Origin: Octopus bimaculoides
Taxonomy: Eukaryota
Assembly: GCF_001194135.2 (NCBI RefSeq)
Contig: NC_068982.1
Coordinates: forward strand, 157,498,312 to 157,560,833
Direction: 5' to 3'
DNA length: 62,522 bases
A program made the translations under genes and the position numbers. The stretch's first letter is position 1. Each line of letters opens with the position of its first letter. This document shows, piece after piece, positions 15,140 through 27,261 of this stretch. A model generated the notes under the pieces. The model was not told where the DNA came from, did not search any database, and saw only the letters and a program-made list of their open reading frames with translations.

Positions 15140-15498
15140 CATATATACACACTCACATAATACACACTCACATAATACACACACATTCACACAAATATGA
15201 AGATATACACACGAGTGCATGCATACATGTCTGTCATATTTCTTATTGCAAATCGTTTAATATGCGTATATATATACACTGAACGAAGGAGAGTAAGAAG
15301 AAGGAAGCGTGATAAGAAGAAAGAGAAACCGATATGCATGTGTATGTCTTTGTGTGTATTTATATATGTGTTTATTCATGTACTTATTCAACTGTGAATG
15401 TGTATATACACATGTATTTTCACATTTACTACTCAACATATTCATGGGTGTTCTTCTAGACGTCATTGCATCAAATCTGCTGTAACTTAAAGACTCAC

Positions 15499-15501
15499 TT
15501 C
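15499..15501 (-). CDS. candidate 3-nt microexon (GAA) of an unidentified minus-strand gene
   Basis: Minus strand reads ttaatattttcccctgcag|GAA|gtgagtct: strong acceptor and consensus donor 3 nt apart; no transcript evidence. Confidence 0.3.
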
Positions 15502-15532
15502 CTGCAGGGGAAAATATTAACTATGCCAGCAT

Positions 15533-15588
<56 letters not shown>

Positions 15589-16108
15589 CATGAGAAGTAA
15601 AATCTGAATATAAGATAAAATAAAAAAAATACGTTAAAAAAAAGGGAAGAACAACCGCGCCGCGAAGCATATCTATAAGAATCATGATTAGCTATAAACG
15701 ATACAAGGCAGGATATTAAACCTGTTTCAGTAGTTTGTATGATTTTATAAACCTAACTCTAGACATGATTTTAGACTTGAGGCTGATATTTATACCTTGT
15801 CCTTCTGTTTATTGATACTTCTTCGTGATCGAGTACCGTTATAATTCAATACAGCCAGGTATCTGTTTTCCCCTTAAGCTATATTTAGTAACTTTGAGAG
15901 GAAATTGCTGTCTTTTCAGTTTGTTTCTCATGGAATATCTTTAGCCAAATATTTTGCCTCGAGAAAGAAACGAAAACTTGGTATTAAAGCTAGCAGACTG
16001 TATGAGGTTAATCGCCGAAGCTATTAAATTCAATAACTTACTCGACGCCACCACTTAGACGTATTGTTATTATCATTATTATTGTTGTTGTTGTTGTTAA
16101 GAGAAGAG

Positions 16109-16335
16109 GGAGGTGGATTGACATAAATCGATAGTGCAGTGGACAAAACGCCTACTGACATGTGACTGCATTTCTTTACCATATGAGTTCAAATCCTACC
16201 AATGTCAGTTTCCCTATTTATTTTTTTTTTTTCAACGATGAGTAAAATAAATTCAGGGTATATACTAAGGTTCGTCTAATCGACTATGCTTCTCCTCCAA
16301 AACCTTTGCCCCATTGCTTATCTAAGAAATTACTA
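16109..16335 (+). mobile_element. old SINE family A copy
   Basis: tgagttcaaatcc B-box and ctaatcgact segment recognisable, otherwise diverged. Confidence 0.55.
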
Positions 16336-16381
16336 TGATTGCTGTTAAGAAAGTGCCGCCAAATGGATCGAGAGGCAGCTG

Positions 16382-16388
16382 TATAAAT
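16382..16388 (+). promoter_or_regulatory. possible TATA box upstream of the candidate + strand gene
   Basis: TATAAAT upstream of a CpG-richer patch (16478-16520); common by chance in AT-rich DNA. Confidence 0.15.
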
Positions 16389-16613
16389 CTTGCATCATAT
16401 AATAACATCATTTTAGCTTCTGAATACAAATACTGATCCTTTGGAAAATTGCTTAGTTGTGTGCAGTAACATGTAACCGCGTGGGCCGTCTCGAGGACGG
16501 ATCGTCGGCAGCTCGACTGGCAACCCCATTGAGCTTACAAGGCATAAGAATAACAACTTTCAAAGCGTTGACAGAGGCTGTAGTCCATCCTGATGCTTTG
16601 AAAAGTGGTATCA

Positions 16614-16717
16614 ATGCAAGACATGGCTGGTTATGGCACAATAAATTCGCAGCTATCGAAAGACCTTCAATTGTCACAGCGAAATTTAGGCATGGATACA
16701 GAGGAAATGAAAACAAG
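16614..16717 (+). CDS. candidate first coding exon of an unidentified small protein (MQDMAGYGTINSQLSKDLQLSQRNLGMDTEEMKT)
   Basis: Unique, higher-GC sequence; in-frame TGA at 16599 upstream; second ATG in strong context gacATGG; donor AAG|gtattc, phase 2. Confidence 0.45.
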
Positions 16718-16837
16718 GTATTCGTTACACTTTCTCTGCACTAAACAAATTCACTAAGGGAGAGCCCCTAGCAGGGAATGAGACCTTAGAGACATTCTCA
16801 GCAACATGAAAACATGCGAGTGAGGCGAGTCAGAGAG

Positions 16838-16840
<3 letters not shown>

Positions 16841-16920
<80 letters not shown>
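16841..16920. repeat. (GA)n microsatellite
   Basis: Directly visible perfect run. Confidence 0.95.
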
Positions 16921-16922
<2 letters not shown>

Positions 16923-17582
16923 CTTTATGCATGTTTAGGTTGCTGGTAAGAAGTGTAGCAGTGACGTACACTGCTCACTACTTCATCTATGCTCTTCTCC
17001 AAAGTATGTGGCCTTCTGCCTATTCTATAAATCATAGTCGTTATTGTTAAAGAGAGCGGATGATGGATTAGTCAGCTCAAATAACTTGTGTTATTTAGTC
17101 ACACCTCAGTACATCCTGAGTTCAAATCACAACAGCGAAAGTCATATATCTTGAAGATCTATCAAGATTAAATCTGGAAATGGTATCGACGGAGATTTTT
17201 TAAATCCTTTTTTTGCGGAATCACCATAATAAAAAGACAGTTATGTATTGAACATAACCCAATCGAAACTTCACTAATACTTTTGTGTGAGGCTTTTACA
17301 GTAAACTTTTTCGTTAGAAAGTTGTCAAAGATAAACCCTTGTCCAGACGAGTATCCCAATCATACATTTTGTCGTATTTCCAACCTACTCGAGCAACATG
17401 TATCTTTTCATATCTATCTCTTTGTCTGTCCATCTCTCTCTCTCTCTCGTTCTATCACTCTCTCATGTATGTATGATGTATATATGTATGTATGTATGTA
17501 TGCATGCATGCACGAATGTATGTATGTACATGTGGGTGGATTATTCGACTAGTAAAATGGGATTAATATGTAATATACGTCT

Positions 17583-17790
17583 AAGGCGGTGAGCAGGGCG
17601 AGTCGTTAGAATACCGGGCAAAATGCTTAGCGGCATTTCGTCCGTTGCTACCTTCTGAGTTCATGTTCCACCGAGGTCGACTTTGCCTTTCATCATTTCG
17701 GCGTCGATAAAATAAGTAACAGTCGAGCAGTGGGATCGATTCGATCGATTGATCCTCCCTCGAAATTGGTGGCCTTTCGCCAAAATATAC
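17583..17790 (+). mobile_element. SINE family A
   Basis: aaggcggtgagc head, ccgaggtcgactttgcctttcatc central motif. Confidence 0.85.
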
Positions 17791-17845
17791 AATATTTCTC
17801 GAAATTTTGGATTTTGGTAACATCGTCATCGCGATCACATGATCG

Positions 17846-18012
17846 TCACCACCACCACCACCACCACCACCACCACCATCACCACTACTACCACCACCAC
17901 AAACACAACCACCACTGCCATCAATACCACCACCACAATCATCATCACCATCAACATTGCTACCAGCATCACCAACAACAATAACATTATCATCGTTGGC
18001 ATCACCTTCACA

Positions 18013-18046
<34 letters not shown>

Positions 18047-18062
18047 ACAACAACAACAACCA
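17846..18062. repeat. (CAC)/(CAT)/(CAA) trinucleotide low-complexity tract
   Basis: Directly visible. Confidence 0.9.
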
Positions 18063-18360
18063 CCTCCTTGGATCGCCACCATCATCTCAGTGCAATCGTC
18101 ACTGCTGTCATCAACATCGTTCTCTTGTCGGTCGTCGTCATCATTACACTTTTATCTCACATCTGTACTGCTCGTTCTTTGGTTGCTTTGATTTTTCATC
18201 TTTATCTCCTTTATTTCTCCTCCCCCCCNNNNNNNNNNAGGAAATAAAAAAAAAATGTTATGTGTTTCTTGTCTTTTAAATCATTGAAGTGTCTTCTTGG
18301 TTCATTCCATACCTTCTCCTGCCTCACCTACCGACGTGTAACCGAACGGAATTGGCTAGC

Positions 18361-18384
18361 ATGATAATGATGATGATGATGATA

Positions 18385-18434
<50 letters not shown>

Positions 18435-18537
18435 GATGAAGATGAAAACGACGACGACGTCTATGATGAAGACAACAACGAAGGTGATGACAATGACGGT
18501 GACTACGACGACGTCGATATAGTTGATGATGACGGTA

Positions 18538-18572
<35 letters not shown>

Positions 18573-18790
18573 AAGGATGATGATGATGACGATGATGATG
18601 ACGAAGAAGATGATAATGACGATGATGAGGTGGTGGTGGTTGTGATGATGACGGACGACGAAGTTGATGACGATGATGATGTTGATGTGGTAGTGGTAGT
18701 AATGGTTGTTTTTTTTGTGGCAGTGGTAGTGGTAGTAGTGGCGGTGGTGTTTTGTAGCGAATCCGATGGTGTGATATTGATGATGATGCT
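18361..18790. repeat. (GAT)n-based trinucleotide tract with GAC/GGT variants
   Basis: Directly visible. Confidence 0.9.
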
Positions 18791-18949
18791 CAAGTTGCTG
18801 CAAAGTGGTGATGGTCGCGGTGCGGGTGTTCGTGGAGAGTTAGAGGATAATATAGGTTACACTAATTTGTCTCCCCTTAATTACTTTCTCCAATCTTTCA
18901 CCATCTTTCTTTCCCCGCACGATCACTTTTGATCAAAAACAGAGACACA

Positions 18950-19072
18950 CACATACACGCACTCACACACACACACACAGACACTCACACACATGCACAC
19001 ATACACACACATGCACACAGGCACACACACATTCTGCGCATACTTACCTACGTTTATTAACACACACACACA

Positions 19073-19147
<75 letters not shown>

Positions 19148-19214
19148 ACATGCACACGTACACACACAAGCACACAGGCACACACACATTCTGCGCATAC
19201 TTACCTACGTTCAT

Positions 19215-19261
<47 letters not shown>

Positions 19262-19270
19262 GAGTACACA
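18950..19270. repeat. (CA)n-rich tract containing a tandem duplication, period about 157 bp
   Basis: ctgcgcatacttacctacgtt at 19034 and 19191. Confidence 0.85.
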
Positions 19271-19914
19271 CACAGAGAAATACTTATAAGCACACGCCAT
19301 TATGCATGCTTTCATTTGTACAGATATTAACAACACACATTCGAAACATAAGCAGATACTCGTACATTCACAAGACTCCACACTCTACATATGTAAATAC
19401 TCATATATATGGCATTTCATAGCCTAACGCATACTCACGAATTACATATTCACACAAACACACACACACACACACACGCACACACACTCTTGCATTTTAC
19501 ACTATCGCATCAGCATACACACATTCATAGAAAATCACGATTGTTCAGATAAACATGTAGACGCCCTCAAAGGCACACTACCTCCTCACAACTACCTCCC
19601 ACACATATACACATATGCACGCACACACACTCACGCACACATGCATATACACTCACACACTCACGCACACATGCATATACACACACATACTCTCTCTCTC
19701 TCTCACGCACATACAAAATATAATTATGTACTGACACATACACACATACACAGAGTCACACATACAAACAATTATAATATTTGGCAAATGTGCTAATTTG
19801 TATATTTGCACAAAAATTAGACATACACATGCATATATACATATAGAAATACACATACAAACACATATGTATTTATGTGTTTATAAATAAATATATATAT
19901 ATATATATATATTT

Positions 19915-20184
19915 ATTCTTTTATTTGTTTCAGTCATTTGACTGCGGCCATGCTGCAGCACCGTCTTTAGTCGAACAAATCAAACCCAGGACTTATTTTT
20001 TGTAAGCCTAGTACTTATTCTATCAGTCTCTACTGCTGAACCGCTAAGTTACGGGGACGTAAACACGCCAACATCGGTTGTCAAGCGACGGTGGGGGGGC
20101 AAATATAGACACAAAAATATATGTATACAATGGGCCTCTTTCAGTTTCCGTCTACCAAATCCACTCACAAGGCTTTGGTCGGCC
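19915..20184 (-). mobile_element. SINE family C lacking its head
   Basis: Matches 11691 copy from tail to ggctttggtcggcc, then breaks into (TA)n and LINE sequence. Confidence 0.85.
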
Positions 20185-20200
20185 ATATATATATATAGAT

Positions 20201-21270
20201 CAAGTTTGCTTCCAACCCACAAGTATTATACAGAGAGATGAGGAAGGAAAATATTACCAGTAAGAAAGCTCCCTCCCAAGAAAGTCTACAGTCTTTCTGG
20301 TCAAAAATTTGAATCGAAAAGAGGGATTTCAACCTGAATGCATCATTGTTAAAAACAATTGAGAGATAATACTATACCAACACTAAGAGTAAAACATACG
20401 AAATTGAGGTAGGCAAACAGCAGAATGGGAAGGTACCTGGAAGAGATCTAATAGTTGGATATTGGTACAAGAAGCTGACATTTTATAGAAACCAATTGAT
20501 ATGTATTTTCAAAAGGACTATGGAAGGTCAGACTGATGTACCAATTTGACTTGCTACCTTAAGGACAAATCTTGTTGCCAAAAATGAAATCACCGAGATG
20601 GCAGGAAACTACAGGCCCATTGCTTGCCTAAACATTATGTACAAACTGTACATATGTTGCCTCAAGCAATTCCTCAACATTGTGACTGATGAACAGGCTG
20701 GTAGAAAGAAGGGAGTGTGGGGATGTGCCGGACAACTTTTAATAAACAAAGCTGTACTGTCTGAAGTAAGAAAACAGCGTAGAACCCTTGTGACAGCATG
20801 GCTTGACAATAAGAAAGCATTCGACTGTATCCCTCATTCATGGCTGTTGGAGTGCTTACATCTGGAAAAAGTACCTACCACTCTAATTACTGCTATAGAG
20901 AGACTCACAAAGACATGGACAACAATTCTCACCCTTCCAACTGAGAACAGAATAATTGTTTCAGATGCTATAGACAATTCAAAGGGAATATTCCTAGGAG
21001 ATAGTTTTTCTGTTCATCCTTACATTTTGGAACTGAATCCATTATCATTCCTACTGCAGAAAACAAATGGTTACCAGCAAGGATCTTCAACTGCTAAGAA
21101 TAACAATGTAACTCATAATTTCTTTGTGGACGACCTCAAGATTTATACTAAAAATATTAACAATGACAAAAAACAACTAGAATTAATAACAACATTTTCA
21201 ACTGGTATAGGCATGGAACTTGGCCAAAAGAAATCTTCATATTTTGTTATAGAACAAGGAAAGTCAGTCC
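20201..21270 (+). mobile_element. truncated R4/Dong-type (RLE-class) non-LTR retrotransposon RT region
   Basis: Translation shows KVPGRDLIVGYWYKKL, NYRPIACL, EQAG..GC..QLLINK, WLDNKKAFDCIPHSW, GIFLGDS, LNPLSFLL, FFVDDLKIY; several stops upstream; 3' RLE part absent. Confidence 0.85.
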
Positions 21271-21554
21271 CCAAACCCCAAACATGTGCATCTATCTCCC
21301 CCATTCTACACAAAGCTTGAAATCGATTCAAACACCCTTCGACTTTTGCAACATATCCTTTCGACAACCCCCAAGTGTCGAAGTCTACCCTTGGCTCAGG
21401 TTTATAAGCATGATACAAATAACACTGTGATAGTTCGAAGCCCTTCTCAGAAATCATATTCTGATAGATAACCAGAAGTACACACGCGTGAATTTGTACA
21501 GTTGTACCATTAAAGGTCGTCAGAAGTGAATATATATAAATCATTGATCTGGTG

Positions 21555-21842
21555 CTCCGTAGGTTGCGAAGACGAGGGTTTCAATTGATCCGATCAACGG
21601 CACAGCCTGCATGTGATATTAACATGCAAGTAGCTAAGCAGTCCACAGACACGCGTACCCTTAATGAAGTGCTCAGGGAGATTCAGCGTGAAACAGAATG
21701 TGACAATGCCGGCCCTTTGAATTACAGGCAGAACTCATTTTTGCCAGCTGGAGAAACGTGAAATGAAATGGCTTGCTCAAGGACACAACGCGCCCCCGGA
21801 AATCGAGCCGCTTACCCTAAGCATTAAGCCACGTGCCTTCAC
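21555..21842 (-). mobile_element. tRNA-derived SINE, family D (CORE-like body, same 3' tail as family B)
   Basis: Minus strand: gtgaaggcacgtggc head, gttgtgtccttgagcaag, then ccgttgatcggatcaattgaaaccctcg tail shared with 32221 and 54828. Confidence 0.8.
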
Positions 21843-21871
21843 AACTCATTGATAAACAATGAATTAACAGC

Positions 21872-23102
21872 TAGGATATTGGTCAAAATAATCGAAACAC
21901 CTAGCATCATAGTATCATAGTTTTGAAATTATCTATAAAACCGTCAAAAGCTTGTTTATTTTTATGTTTTTTGATTTAATATCACTCTTGCTATTTCTTT
22001 TCATATATCATCAGAAAAATGTAATTAAAATTCATTAAAATGACAGATCTATCAGACTTTCAAATTGTTGGTGCTCGTATAGCAGTTGCTAGCGTAAGGA
22101 AAACAGCCGAAATGTTTGGTGTATCAAGAAGTACTGTCTCGAAAATAATGATAGCCATTGAGAAAGACGGAGAACCCTCCGCGTCGAAACAAAACTCCGG
22201 AAGAAAACCCAAACTTTTAGATAGGGACCGTCGGACTCTTACGCGAATTGTTAGAAAGGATCACAAAAGTACAGCTCACAAAAGTACTGCAGAGCTTAAT
22301 GACCACTTCGAGAAACCAGTTTCCTCAAAAACTGTTCGCCGGGAGCTACACAAAGCCGGATTTTACAGGAGGGCTGCAATCAGAAAACCACTACTTTCAA
22401 AAACAAACGTTGCAAAGCGTTTAGAGTGGAGTAAAAACCTACAGAAAAAAATTGATCCCTAGAGCAGTGGAAGAATGTTATTTTCTCGGACGAGTCATTC
22501 TTTACCTTATTTCCGACCACCGGCCGAGTATACGTGTGGAGACTGCCAAAAGAACCATTTCATTCAGACAGTCTTCTTCTAACTGTTAAACATGGATGAG
22601 GATCTGTGATGACATGGTGGGCTGTATTTTGGAAATCCGGCGACCCAATGGTTTCCCTTCATGGCAAAATTAATAGTCAAGACTATTTAAGCATTTTATC
22701 TGATCAAATTCATCCTATGTTTGCAGAACTGCTTCCAGGGGGAAACGCAATCTTTCAGGATGATAATGCACCAATTCACACAGCTAAATATGTTACTGAA
22801 AGGCACGAGGAACATCTGATCTGGCCACCACAGATCCCAAATATCAATATTATTCAACATTTATGGTGCATTTTAGAAAAATAAGTAAGGATTCTATATC
22901 CTCCACCATCATCGCTACAAGAACTCGAGCCTTTTTTAGCTGAAGAATGGAGGAAAAATTCCTTTAGAAACGATTCAAACTTTGTACGAGTCGATACCTT
23001 GTAGAATTCAATCTGTAATTATTTCCAAAGACGGTCCTACACCATATTAAAATAAATTTGTTTGAAATTTTAAGGCGTTTCCATTATTTTGTCCAACCCC
23101 TA
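21872..23102 (+). mobile_element. full-length non-autonomous (dead) Tc1-family DNA transposon
   Basis: Imperfect TIRs: left taggatattggtcaaaataatcgaaacacc; right ggcgtttccattattttgtccaacccc followed by TA; internal transposase. Confidence 0.92.
22040..22884 (+). pseudogene. disrupted Tc1 DD34E-type transposase
   Basis: HTH N-terminus, GRKPK linker, AIRKPLLS, frameshift near 22460, WKNVIFSDES, stop at KHG*G, FQDDNAPIH, WPPQIPNINIIQHLW (third catalytic E appears as Q). Confidence 0.92.
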
Positions 23103-24147
23103 TATATATATATATATATAAGTAAGGATTTTATATCCTCCACTATATATATATATATATATATATATANNNNNNNNNNNNNNNNNNNNNNNNNNNNNNN
23201 NNNNNNNNNNNNNNNNNNNNNNNNNNNNNNNNNNNNNNNNNNNNNNNNNNNNNNNNNNNNNNNNNNNNNNNNNNNNNNNNNNNNNNNNNNNNNNNNNNNN
23301 NNNNNNNNNNNNNNNNNNNNNNNNNNNNNNNNNNNNNNNNNNNNNNNNNNNNNNNNNNNNNNNNNNNNNNNNNNNNNNNNNNNNNNNNNNNNNNNNNNNN
23401 NNNNNNNNNNNNNNNNNNNNNNNNNNNNNNNNNNNNNNNNNNNNNNNNNNNNNNNNNNNNNNNNNNNNNNNNNNNNNNNNNNNNNNNNNNNNNNNNNNNN
23501 NNNNNNNNNNNNNNNNNNNNNNNNNNNNNNNNNNNNNNNNNNNNNNNNNNNNNNNNNNNNNNNNNNNNNNNNNNNNNNNNNNNNNNNNNNNNNNNNNNNN
23601 NNNNNNNNNNNNNNNNNNNNNNNNNNNNNNNNNNNNNNNNNNNNNNNNNNNNNNNNNNNNNNNNNNNNNNNNNNNNNNNNNNNNNNNNNNNNNNNNNNNN
23701 NNNNNNNNNNNNNNNNNNNNNNNNNNNNNNNNNNNNNNNNNNNNNNNNNNNNNNNNNNNNNNNNNNNNNNNNNNNNNNNNNNNNNNNNNNNNNNNNNNNN
23801 NNNNNNNNNNNNNNNNNNNNNNNNNNNNNNNNNNNNNNNNNNNNNNNNNNNNNNNNNNNNNNNNNNNNNNNNNNNNNNNNNNNNNNNNNNNNNNNNNNNN
23901 NNNNNNNNNNNNNNNNNNNNNNNNNNNNNNNNNNNNNNNNNNNNNNNNNNNNNNNNNNNNNNNNNNNNNNNNNNNNNNNNNNNNNNNNNNNNNNNNNNNN
24001 NNNNNNNNNNNNNNNNNNNNNNNNNNNNNNNNNNNNNNNNNNNNNNNNNNNNNNNNNNNNNNNNNNNNNNNNNNNNNNNNNNNNNNNNNNNNNNNNNNNN
24101 NNNNNNNNNNNNNNNNNNNNNNNNNNNNNNNNNNNNNNNNNNNNNNN

Positions 24148-24228
<81 letters not shown>

Positions 24229-24698
24229 ATCATGCATATGTGGTGTGTGTCTGTGCTAAACTGTAGAAGCACGTGTACTTAACCTGTATGCGCGCGTCTG
24301 TGAGTCTGGTGTATACATGATGTTTGTGGTATGCATGTCTCTGAATACGCCAGCTTATCTGTTCGTACCCATATGCTAATATATGTGTGTGTGCGTGTGT
24401 GTGAGTGTATTATATGTCTTTGTGGGTGTGTGTGTATGTGATGAGATGCGTCTACATGTATGTATGTATGTTTGTATGTGTATAAATATAAACATTTATA
24501 CATATTGCACTGTATGAAGTGATGTTAATAAGCACACAACAACATTGATTCACATCTGACTGTTTAAGATTAAGATGATGTGAATGTCACCATGCCTCAA
24601 TTAGTGATTAGTTAATTACAAGAATGACGCTGATTTGATTCTCCATAGATACACACGTATATAAATACCGGTAGACGTACAGACACTTTCAAGCTCTC

Positions 24699-24801
24699 TC
24701 TGTCTATCTCGATCGCTCTGTCTATCTCGATCGCTCTGTCTATCTCGATCGCTCTGTCTATCTCGATCGCTCTGTCTATCTCGATCGCTCTGTCTATCTC
24801 G
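24699..24801. repeat. 18-bp minisatellite (tctgtctatctcgatcgc) x5 plus partial
   Basis: Five identical contiguous units, no spacers. Confidence 0.95.
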
Positions 24802-25274
24802 CTCTCTCAGACACATACTCTCACACACACACACACACACACACGCTCACAAACACACACACAAACAAACACGCATATATGCATACATGTATATGTGTGT
24901 GCATGTACACTCACAAACACATGTCTATGTATGTATGAATGTTTTATTTTATACGCTTCACATCTTTAACTATACATAAAGTAATAACATTTTTTGAGAA
25001 AATGAAAGAAAAAAGCACCAAGGAAATGAAAAAAAGGAAAAAAATGTTTGTCGTTGTTTATGAGCTTTCTTTACCAAATCCAAAGTAAAAAGTTAAAACA
25101 AACAAGTTAAACAGATATATAAACAAATAAATAAATAAACAATTTCCATTTGCTATTTATTAATTAAAAGCAAATTAGAAAGCTATTTGTATTTTGTCTA
25201 AACAAAATACAGATGGATATGAATTTTTTTCGCTTTGTTCGTTTAAATTTATTGTTTTTCGTTTGCGTTGGTAG

Positions 25275-25346
25275 ATTTCTCCGTTTGGCTGATCGTTTTA
25301 GAAGACAAACGAAAAGTCTGTTTAATTATGCTTCAGACTGTTATAT
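25275..25346 (+). CDS. candidate internal exon (72 nt; RFLRLADRFRRQTKSLFNYASDCY in phase 2)
   Basis: Acceptor ttgtttttcgtttgcgttggtag| and consensus donor AT|gtaagt; open in the phase left by the 16614 exon. Confidence 0.5.
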
Positions 25347-26042
25347 GTAAGTGAAGGTAGTGAAGTTTTTAACATTTTTCTTCGTCTTTATTTTTTGAAA
25401 TCTTGCGTCTAAAATAATTGCGTGAGCTTCTTTATCACTTTATATTCTAATTATCAGTTTCTTTCTTAAATACCAACGAAAACTCTTGTTTAATCAACAA
25501 TATTGTTATAAATACTCGACGTGCACAAAAGTGACGTGACGAGACGTTGCAGTGAAACAATCACGCATACATCATACATAATGATGCACAGTCATACACG
25601 TACACACCAACAGACGTATGTACAAACTCTCCTACGTACATTGGCACACAAATACATATATAAGTGCAACAACATGCGTTAATATAAACTTAGGCAAAGA
25701 AACATAAACTCAAAACACATAAAGATATATATAAAACATAAATAAGAAAACACGCAAAACGACACATATACAAATGTATTCGACTGCTTTAAATCGTGTA
25801 CATGTTTATGCTGTGTGTGTACAACCATACAGTTATGACACAGCCAAATGACTGAGCAATTAGCTTTGTAAACATGAGGTTCCAGGTGTGATCATACAAT
25901 ATGACTCATTGTGAATGTAAAAGTGTTTCTGCTATACTCTTACGAAGAAATCGTTCAGAGAGGGTCTGTGTGGAAGTCGAACGAATAGTTTGTACATAAT
26001 TAAAAATCTAGCCTTATTTTATACATTATGCCACCTTGATTC

Positions 26043-26994
26043 AGGTTGAGGATTATGTTAAGAGTAGCAGTATCTTTGGTATATTCAACAATTTACACAA
26101 TAGAGGAAACTGTTGTAGTTAGTTATGATCGTACATACGTTTTTGAGAATGATGATAAATTTCATATTAAACTAATAATAAATATCACAAGAAAACTTTC
26201 TGAAGGAATAGATTTCAAACAACAAAAGCTTGTTCTTCAAGATACCGCAAGCACTGCACATATTTATATGTGCCACATATAAAGAACACGGGGAAGCATG
26301 ATGCTCTTACGAAACCTCAATTTTTTGGAAATTGAATGGACAGTAATCAAATTAAAAATCAAAATCTCAACAAAATGCCGTTCGTGAAGAAATCTAGTTT
26401 AAATGGGGCAACAAAAACAAAACCATTCATCGTACATGATCATGCCGTTATTATTCAATTTATTGAAAGGGATATGCACAATTCCTGCGTTATAGGTGAC
26501 AAAGGTTTCGTGTGTTAAATTTTGTGCATTGTATTAAATTGTCAGAATATTCTTGGAGACACAGCCTCAGGATAAACCATGTCTATATCTGTCTGGCAAC
26601 ACAGTTTCGAACTCATTGGCATGAAACCTATGTCACTACATGTCTTAGACCATGACAATTCAAAGATTTGATGTAATGATTATCTTACAAGCAAAAGACC
26701 AGATAGTATTAATGGCGTGATATTTTTCCATGACAAACTGACGATAATGCGCTCATAGTGAACATAACACTACCAAATAACTTTAACGTTTTGTAGAAGC
26801 GACCTGAAAAGAAGCGATTATAGTGACATAGTTGTTGAATTATAAACATCATAGGAGTTACGGGATGGGTTAACATCCCATGTGCAGTTGGTGCAACTGG
26901 AATGATAGTCTGGCAACTGATTACCAATAACGACAAACATAGGAACGTTCTAGAAATTGTTACAGAATCGTCACACAGCATATATTGGTCTTAA
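26043..26994. other. unique, coding-like but stop-riddled segment of unknown origin
   Basis: Non-repetitive composition, several 60-90 aa ORFs on both strands, only weak and mutually conflicting motif resemblances. Confidence 0.25.
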
Positions 26995-27261
26995 ACATGT
27001 GTACGAAATTCTCCACTTTTTTATTTTACACGAGGCAACTGTTAACATTTTTATCAAACCATGAATAAATAAGAGGGTAGTGATATTTGTGGTGGACTGT
27101 GTGCGAATTGAACATGGGATTTTTAGAGATATCTAACCCAAAGTGAAGAAACCTTGTGAGTGGTAGTTAGAGAGGAGGGCTTACTGAAATCAGGAAAAAT
27201 ACTGCTAAGGATTTTGTCCAGCGTGCTAACGATTGTGCCAGTTCACCACTTAATAATTACT

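Noticed and set aside
16457-16744. 95-aa + ORF (and overlapping 87-aa - ORF) as a phase 0 exon
   Set aside because: Splicing it in phase 0 to the next strong exon (25275) gives an immediate stop; weak acceptor; no recognisable motif
24699-24801. Regular short repeats suggesting CRISPR
   Set aside because: Units are contiguous without unique spacers, eukaryotic context, no cas genes
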